10,861 bases of DNA, from the NCBI GenBank assembly GCA_050125095.1, contig JASFEA010000105.1:1-10861 (forward strand). The letters run 5' to 3'. This document shows positions 6,562-10,861 of the stretch, in pieces; the stretch's first letter is position 1, and every line of letters begins with the position of its first letter. A program made the translations under genes and the position numbers. Below the pieces are notes generated by a model. The model made no database searches and had not been told where the DNA came from. It was given only the letters and a program-made list of their open reading frames with translations. The DNA is from a bacterium (GTDB lineage: Bacteria > Arandabacterota > Arandabacteria > Arandabacterales > JALGWA01).

Positions 6562-9219
6562 ATGAAAAGGAATAAAGCAGCTGTTGCTCTTGTCACCGTC
6601 CTGTCAGTCCTCATGCTCACGGTCAGTTCAGCCCGGGCCCGGAATCCCATCCGGAGAACCTTCTTCGACCAATACACTGTAGCCGAAAACACGCACCTGG
6701 ATGACCTCCCGAGCAATGCCGGCCACTGCGGTGTGTGCCACTTCGATTTCGACGGCGGCGGACCCAGGAACGCCTACGGTCTCGGAGTCGAGGTGGGGCT
6801 GGGGAACGGGCTCTCCAACCTTGACGCGATACTCGCCATTGAGAACGTCGACTCGGACGGGGACGGTTTTATCAACCTCATCGAGATTACAGACGTCATA
6901 AACTGGGACAATACGCCAACTTTCCCGGGGCTCTCGGCCGCGAATTACGGAAACGCGGTCAATGTCGACACTTCGGAGGTCGGCCCATACCTGACACCGG
7001 CGGGAGCAACGGATTCGATCCCGCCGGTCGTCACGGTGAGTTCCCCGAACGGCGGCGAGAATCTGATAGCCAACACCTACTATCCGATTTCCTACAGCGC
7101 GACCGATGAGGGAGGCGTCGCCTACGTAAACATCTACCTCTCGGAAGACAGCGGCGCCACCTTCAAGATCGTCGTCAAGAAAGCGGCGCCCGGCACCGGC
7201 TTCTCCTGGTTTGTGCCCCACAGGCCTGGAGCCGCGAGCCGCATCCGGGTCGAGGCCGTTGACGGCTCCGGCAATCCCGGCTATGACGACAGCGACGCCG
7301 ATTTCACCATCATCTCCACGGAGGCGGGGATAGTACCGACCACCTTAAGAGATATCGACATGACGGGAACGCAGCCCCTGGAGGGCGCCATACTGGATGA
7401 CCCCGATCATTCCTGCGCTACGTGTCACGGCAACTTCGACGAGGACGTCGAGCCGTGGTTCGTATGGCGCGGCTCCATGATGGCCCAGGCGGCGCGCGAT
7501 CCCTTCTTCTTCGCATGCATGGCTATCGCCGAACAGGACGCGCCGTCCGCGGGCGATGTGTGCATTCGCTGCCACTCGCCGGGCGGCTGGCAGGAAGGGC
7601 GCTCGGTCGATACCAGCGGCGGCCTTCTAAACGCCAAGGACCGGCACGGCGTGCACTGCGACTTCTGCCACCGCATGGTGGACTTCGATTACGTCGCCGG
7701 CGTGAGCCCGGCCATTGACGTTGCCGCCCTGGCCACGGTCGACCCGCTGCCGCTTCAGTACGGCAACGGGCAGTTCATAAACGACTTCAACCCCATCATG
7801 AGAGGGCCGTACTCTGACGCCGAGGCGAGCCACGCCTTCGTGGAATCGCCGTTTCACCGCTCGGCGGACCTTTGCGGCACGTGCCATGACGTCAGCAATC
7901 CGGTTTTCCTCCAGCCGGCACCGGGCGATTACGTGCCCAGCGCGTTCGACGCTCCGCATCCCGATATGTACGTACGCAACATGTTCCCGGTGGAGAGGAC
8001 ATACAGCGAGTGGTCGGCAAGCGAATACGCGGCCTCGGGGGTGTACGCTCCGCAGTTCGCCGGAAACAAGCCGGACGGCATGGTAAGTACATGCCAGGAC
8101 TGCCACATGCGCGACGTCACGGGCAAGGGCTGCAGCGAGTCAGGCGCGCCGACAAGAGACGACCTGCCGCTTCATGACATGATGGGCGGCAACATCTTCG
8201 TCGTCGACATTATCCAGAACTTCTATCCCGACGAGGTCGACGTCGCCCAGCTGCAGGCGGCCAAGGCACGGGCAGAACAGATGCTGGGACTCGCGGCGAC
8301 CCTGGATGTAACGCCCGAGGACTTCGGCGTGACGGTGCGCGTTACCAATGAGACGGGCCACAAGCTGCCCTCCGGGTATCCCGAGGGACGCAGAGTATGG
8401 CTCAACGTGAAGGGGCTCAACGCGGCCGACTCGCTTATCTATGAATCAGCCGCATACGACTTCGCAACCGCCGAGCTCGACGTCGAAGACCCTACGGCCA
8501 AGATCTACGAGGTGCATCCGGGATTCAGCCCCGGGCTGGCCTCGGCCCTGGGGATGCCGCCGGGCCCGTCTTTCCACTTCGTGCTGAGCGACACCGTATA
8601 TCACGACAATCGCATACCGCCGCGCGGTTTCACCAACGCCGGCTTCGAGGCCATACAGTCCCCGCCTGTGCACTGCTCGTATGAGGACGGGCAGTACTGG
8701 GACGACACCGAGTATTACATGCCGGCCGAGGTCGAGAGCGTGATAGTGACCCTCTATTACCAGTCCACCTCCAGGGAATACGTCGAGTTCCTGAGGGACG
8801 CCAACTACACCAACCAGACTGGCCAGAACCTCTATGACGCCTGGGTTGCCCAGGGCAAGGCGGCGCCGTTCACGATGGCCCAGGAGGCGGTGGGCGTCGC
8901 TGTAACTTCCGGCGTACCCGTCGACAGGCCCGACCAGACGCTTGTCTTCGCCATGAATCACAACGTACCCAACCCGTTCTCCTCCTCGACGGTGATATCC
9001 TATTCGGTCGCGAGCAGGGAACGTGTCAGGATATGCGCTTATGACGTTCAGGGCCGCGAGATATGCACGCTCATAGACGGCGTGCACGAGCCCGATCATT
9101 ACGAGATAAAGTGGGACGCAACCAACAACCGGGGAGAACCGCTGCCTTCTGGTATTTATTTCCTTCGGTACCAGGCCGGGTCGCATGTCTTTTCCAAGAA
9201 GGCAATGCTGATAAGGTAA
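6562..9219 (+). CDS. Secreted multiheme (6x CxxCH) cytochrome c with an Ig-like domain and a C-terminal FlgD-Ig/T9SS-sorting-like domain
   Basis: Sec signal peptide (MKRNKAAVALVTVLSVLMLTVSSARA). Heme motifs CGVCH (6727), CATCH (7414), CIRCH (7561), CDFCH (7657), CGTCH (7873) and CQDCH (8092). DSDGDG Ca-binding-like motif, PVVTVSSPNGGE Ig-like module and GHKLPSGYPEGRRVWL motif. C-terminal NVPNPF...YDVQGR...WDATNNRGEPLPSGIYFLR...KKAMLIR. GGAGGGG RBS. Confidence 0.92.
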   Translation: MKRNKAAVALVTVLSVLMLTVSSARARNPIRRTFFDQYTVAENTHLDDLPSNAGHCGVCHFDFDGGGPRNAYGLGVEVGLGNGLSNLDAILAIENVDSDGDGFINLIEITDVINWDNTPTFPGLSAANYGNAVNVDTSEVGPYLTPAGATDSIPPVVTVSSPNGGENLIANTYYPISYSATDEGGVAYVNIYLSEDSGATFKIVVKKAAPGTGFSWFVPHRPGAASRIRVEAVDGSGNPGYDDSDADFTIISTEAGIVPTTLRDIDMTGTQPLEGAILDDPDHSCATCHGNFDEDVEPWFVWRGSMMAQAARDPFFFACMAIAEQDAPSAGDVCIRCHSPGGWQEGRSVDTSGGLLNAKDRHGVHCDFCHRMVDFDYVAGVSPAIDVAALATVDPLPLQYGNGQFINDFNPIMRGPYSDAEASHAFVESPFHRSADLCGTCHDVSNPVFLQPAPGDYVPSAFDAPHPDMYVRNMFPVERTYSEWSASEYAASGVYAPQFAGNKPDGMVSTCQDCHMRDVTGKGCSESGAPTRDDLPLHDMMGGNIFVVDIIQNFYPDEVDVAQLQAAKARAEQMLGLAATLDVTPEDFGVTVRVTNETGHKLPSGYPEGRRVWLNVKGLNAADSLIYESAAYDFATAELDVEDPTAKIYEVHPGFSPGLASALGMPPGPSFHFVLSDTVYHDNRIPPRGFTNAGFEAIQSPPVHCSYEDGQYWDDTEYYMPAEVESVIVTLYYQSTSREYVEFLRDANYTNQTGQNLYDAWVAQGKAAPFTMAQEAVGVAVTSGVPVDRPDQTLVFAMNHNVPNPFSSSTVISYSVASRERVRICAYDVQGREICTLIDGVHEPDHYEIKWDATNNRGEPLPSGIYFLRYQAGSHVFSKKAMLIR

Positions 9220-9263
9220 TCGGACTGAAGGCAAAAGGGGTACTCGATCTTTCCAGGTTGAGG

Positions 9264-9309
9264 GAGAAGGGGCCTGGCCGAGCTCGCCTGGCCTCTTTCT
9301 CTATATATG
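9264..9309 (+). terminator. Putative intrinsic terminator / stem-loop after the cytochrome gene
   Basis: Imperfect GC-rich hairpin GAGAAGGGGCC...GGCCTCTTTCTC with a GAGCTC-centred inner palindrome, followed by an AT-rich tract (TATATATG). Confidence 0.45.
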
Positions 9310-9477
9310 TCCTACAAATTCGCTACGGCACCGCGGCAGCTCAGCGTTATTTTCAGTTTGCCACTTAACGATGAACGTCGCACATGGCATAGTTGACGCG
9401 GCAGGTCCGAAACCGGCATCTGCTTTGAGCTGCATCATTTTGACATCACCCTCTGCCGCTTGTGGAGATGATTGGCC

Positions 9478-9815
9478 ATGAGGGGCGCCTTGATTACGGG
9501 ACTCTCCCTGGCGCTTGCCCTCACCCCGATTCTGCCAGAGTCCGTGCGGGCTGAATGGGAGTACATGGAATTCGACGGCGACCTCGTCTGGGACAGCGCA
9601 TTCCGGCCGGGCCCGCGCCGGTCAGTCTGTGCGTCCGGGACACTTCAGGCAAGCTTGTCCGGCGGCTTCTGCAACTGCGAATAGCCACGCCCGAGTCCGG
9701 CATCACCTGGGACAGCAGGGCCGGTCCCGGGCGGCCGGTGGCTCCCGGTATATATTTCATTCAACTGGAGGCCGGCGCGGCGAGAGCCACCGGGCGGGTG
9801 GTCGTATTAAGATAG
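9478..9815 (+). pseudogene. Split remnant of a secreted protein: signal peptide in one frame, C-terminal sorting-like domain in another
   Basis: One frame (ATG 9478, GGAG RBS at 9464) gives MRGALITGLSLALALTPILPESVRA-EWEY..., a Sec signal peptide ending in VRA, and stops at 9684. An overlapping frame gives ...PVSLCVRDTSGKLVRRL...ITWDSRAGPGRPVAPGIYFIQLEAGAARATGRVVVLR*, a degenerate FlgD-Ig/T9SS-like tail lacking PNPF. Confidence 0.6.
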
Positions 9816-9878
9816 TCCGGCACAACCGAACCTGCCATAAGTTCAACAGGGAACTCCGCCGCCACATATGCGCGAACC

Positions 9879-10861
9879 TCAGCGCAACACCATGACCTTT
9901 CGCGTCGCGGAGAAATCGCCTGCCTTCATGCGTAAGAAATAGACGCCCGGCCCCACCTCGGCGCCCGATACGTCTCTGCCGTCCCAGGTCTCATGGTGCC
10001 TGTCCGCCGCCCTCGTCTCGTCGACAAGCTTATGCACCAATCTTCCGCCGACATCCAATATCTCGATCACGACATGCGACCGCTCGGGAAGATCGAAGCG
10101 AATCGAGGTCGACTCGGTGAAGGGGTTCGGAACATTGCGCCTCAGGGCGAAGGCCGCCGGGACACCTGCGTCAGGGACACCCGCGAAGTCGTTCTCAACG
10201 GTCGCCGGCTCGCCCTCATTGCCGGCAAAGTCCGTGGCCGTAACATGATAGAAGCCGTAGATCTCCCCCGCAACGTCCATATAGATGTCGATAGTGTATC
10301 CGATGAAGTCCGCCCCACCGAAATGGCCGTCATCCGAACCGTACACGGCGAAGTAGTCGAAGTCCTCCTCCGGCGCCTCCTCCCAGGCGATCTCGGTAGC
10401 CGAGGCCATGTGCAGGCCTTCGGGAGGGCCGGGGGCGAGGTTGTCCACCGAGTAGCCGCTGTCGGGACGGGAGTCGTAGTATACGGCAGGGGCCTCGCTC
10501 ATGGCCGAGACGAAGAAAACGGACCAGCATATACCGGCCGCGGTAGAATCGCAGAGCGTGGGCACGACGCAATTATAGATGGAGTCGCATCTTGCGGGCA
10601 CGCTGTAAACATAATCCCAGTCTCCCTGGGGAAGCCCGAGCCTCAGCAGCTCCTCTTCATGGAGCCGCGCCGCGCCGGACAAAGCCGTGTCGTCGATGCG
10701 GCGCCAGATGCCGTATCCGGTGACGGGGTCCGGACTCAGCACATCGTCGTAGTTGGAACGGTGCCAGGAGACCCTCACCTGCCTGCCCTGGTCGTTCCCC
10801 ACGTCGGCCACAGACTTAAGGATGGGCGAGCGTCCGATCGTCCTCGCCAGGCACGCGTCGA
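9879..10861 (-). CDS. Large secreted protein with a C-terminal FlgD-Ig/T9SS-sorting-like domain, 5'-truncated by the window
   Basis: The frame is open to the window edge (DACLARTIGRSPILKS-VADVGNDQGRQVRVSW...). It has FN3/Ig-like beta-rich modules (GYSVDNLAPGPP, YHVTATDFAGNEG) and the tail FALRRNVPNPFTEST...DVGGRLV...WDGRDVSGAEVGPGVYFLRM...TRKVMVLR*. Confidence 0.88.
   Translation of the reverse strand, partial: DACLARTIGRSPILKSVADVGNDQGRQVRVSWHRSNYDDVLSPDPVTGYGIWRRIDDTALSGAARLHEEELLRLGLPQGDWDYVYSVPARCDSIYNCVVPTLCDSTAAGICWSVFFVSAMSEAPAVYYDSRPDSGYSVDNLAPGPPEGLHMASATEIAWEEAPEEDFDYFAVYGSDDGHFGGADFIGYTIDIYMDVAGEIYGFYHVTATDFAGNEGEPATVENDFAGVPDAGVPAAFALRRNVPNPFTESTSIRFDLPERSHVVIEILDVGGRLVHKLVDETRAADRHHETWDGRDVSGAEVGPGVYFLRMKAGDFSATRKVMVLR

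Noticed and set aside
9385-9399. Sigma54-like TGGCAT-N5-ACGC
   Set aside because: The GG/GC spacing fits, but the -12 element is poor (ACGC rather than TTGC) and no activator is nearby. Too weak to call.
9468-9815. Possible TGA (9552-9554) readthrough or selenocysteine joining ATG 9468 to the tail frame
   Set aside because: The upstream peptide in that frame looks non-coding and has no signal peptide. The credible signal peptide is in another frame, and I could not recognise a SECIS.

Overview
GC-rich bacterial genomic window with no RNA genes, CRISPR array or transposase that I can see. The left part (1-2140) is an anaerobe-type O2/NO detoxification cluster: the C-terminal end of a flavin reductase-rubredoxin fusion (Hrb-like, truncated by the window edge), a flavodiiron protein (FprA) and a rubrerythrin-like ferritin-fold protein. 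It is closed by a perfect 45-bp palindrome. Next come an L-lactate dehydrogenase with a Cys-rich insert, a class I SAM methyltransferase, a YfhO/GT-C-like polytopic membrane protein and a convergent M50-like HExxH membrane peptidase. The right part is a cluster of secreted proteins with the PNPF...G(I/V)YF C-terminal domain (FlgD-Ig/Por-secretion/T9SS-sorting-like). It contains an 885-aa six-heme cytochrome c whose N-terminal monoheme module looks temptin-like, a short split remnant made of a signal peptide and a C-terminal domain, and the 3' part of another large secreted protein on the minus strand. These C-terminal domains and the high GC suggest an FCB-superphylum organism such as Ca. Eisenbacteria, Krumholzibacteriota or Latescibacterota (inference). 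The most interesting candidate system is a T9SS-type exported, surface-displayed multiheme cytochrome.
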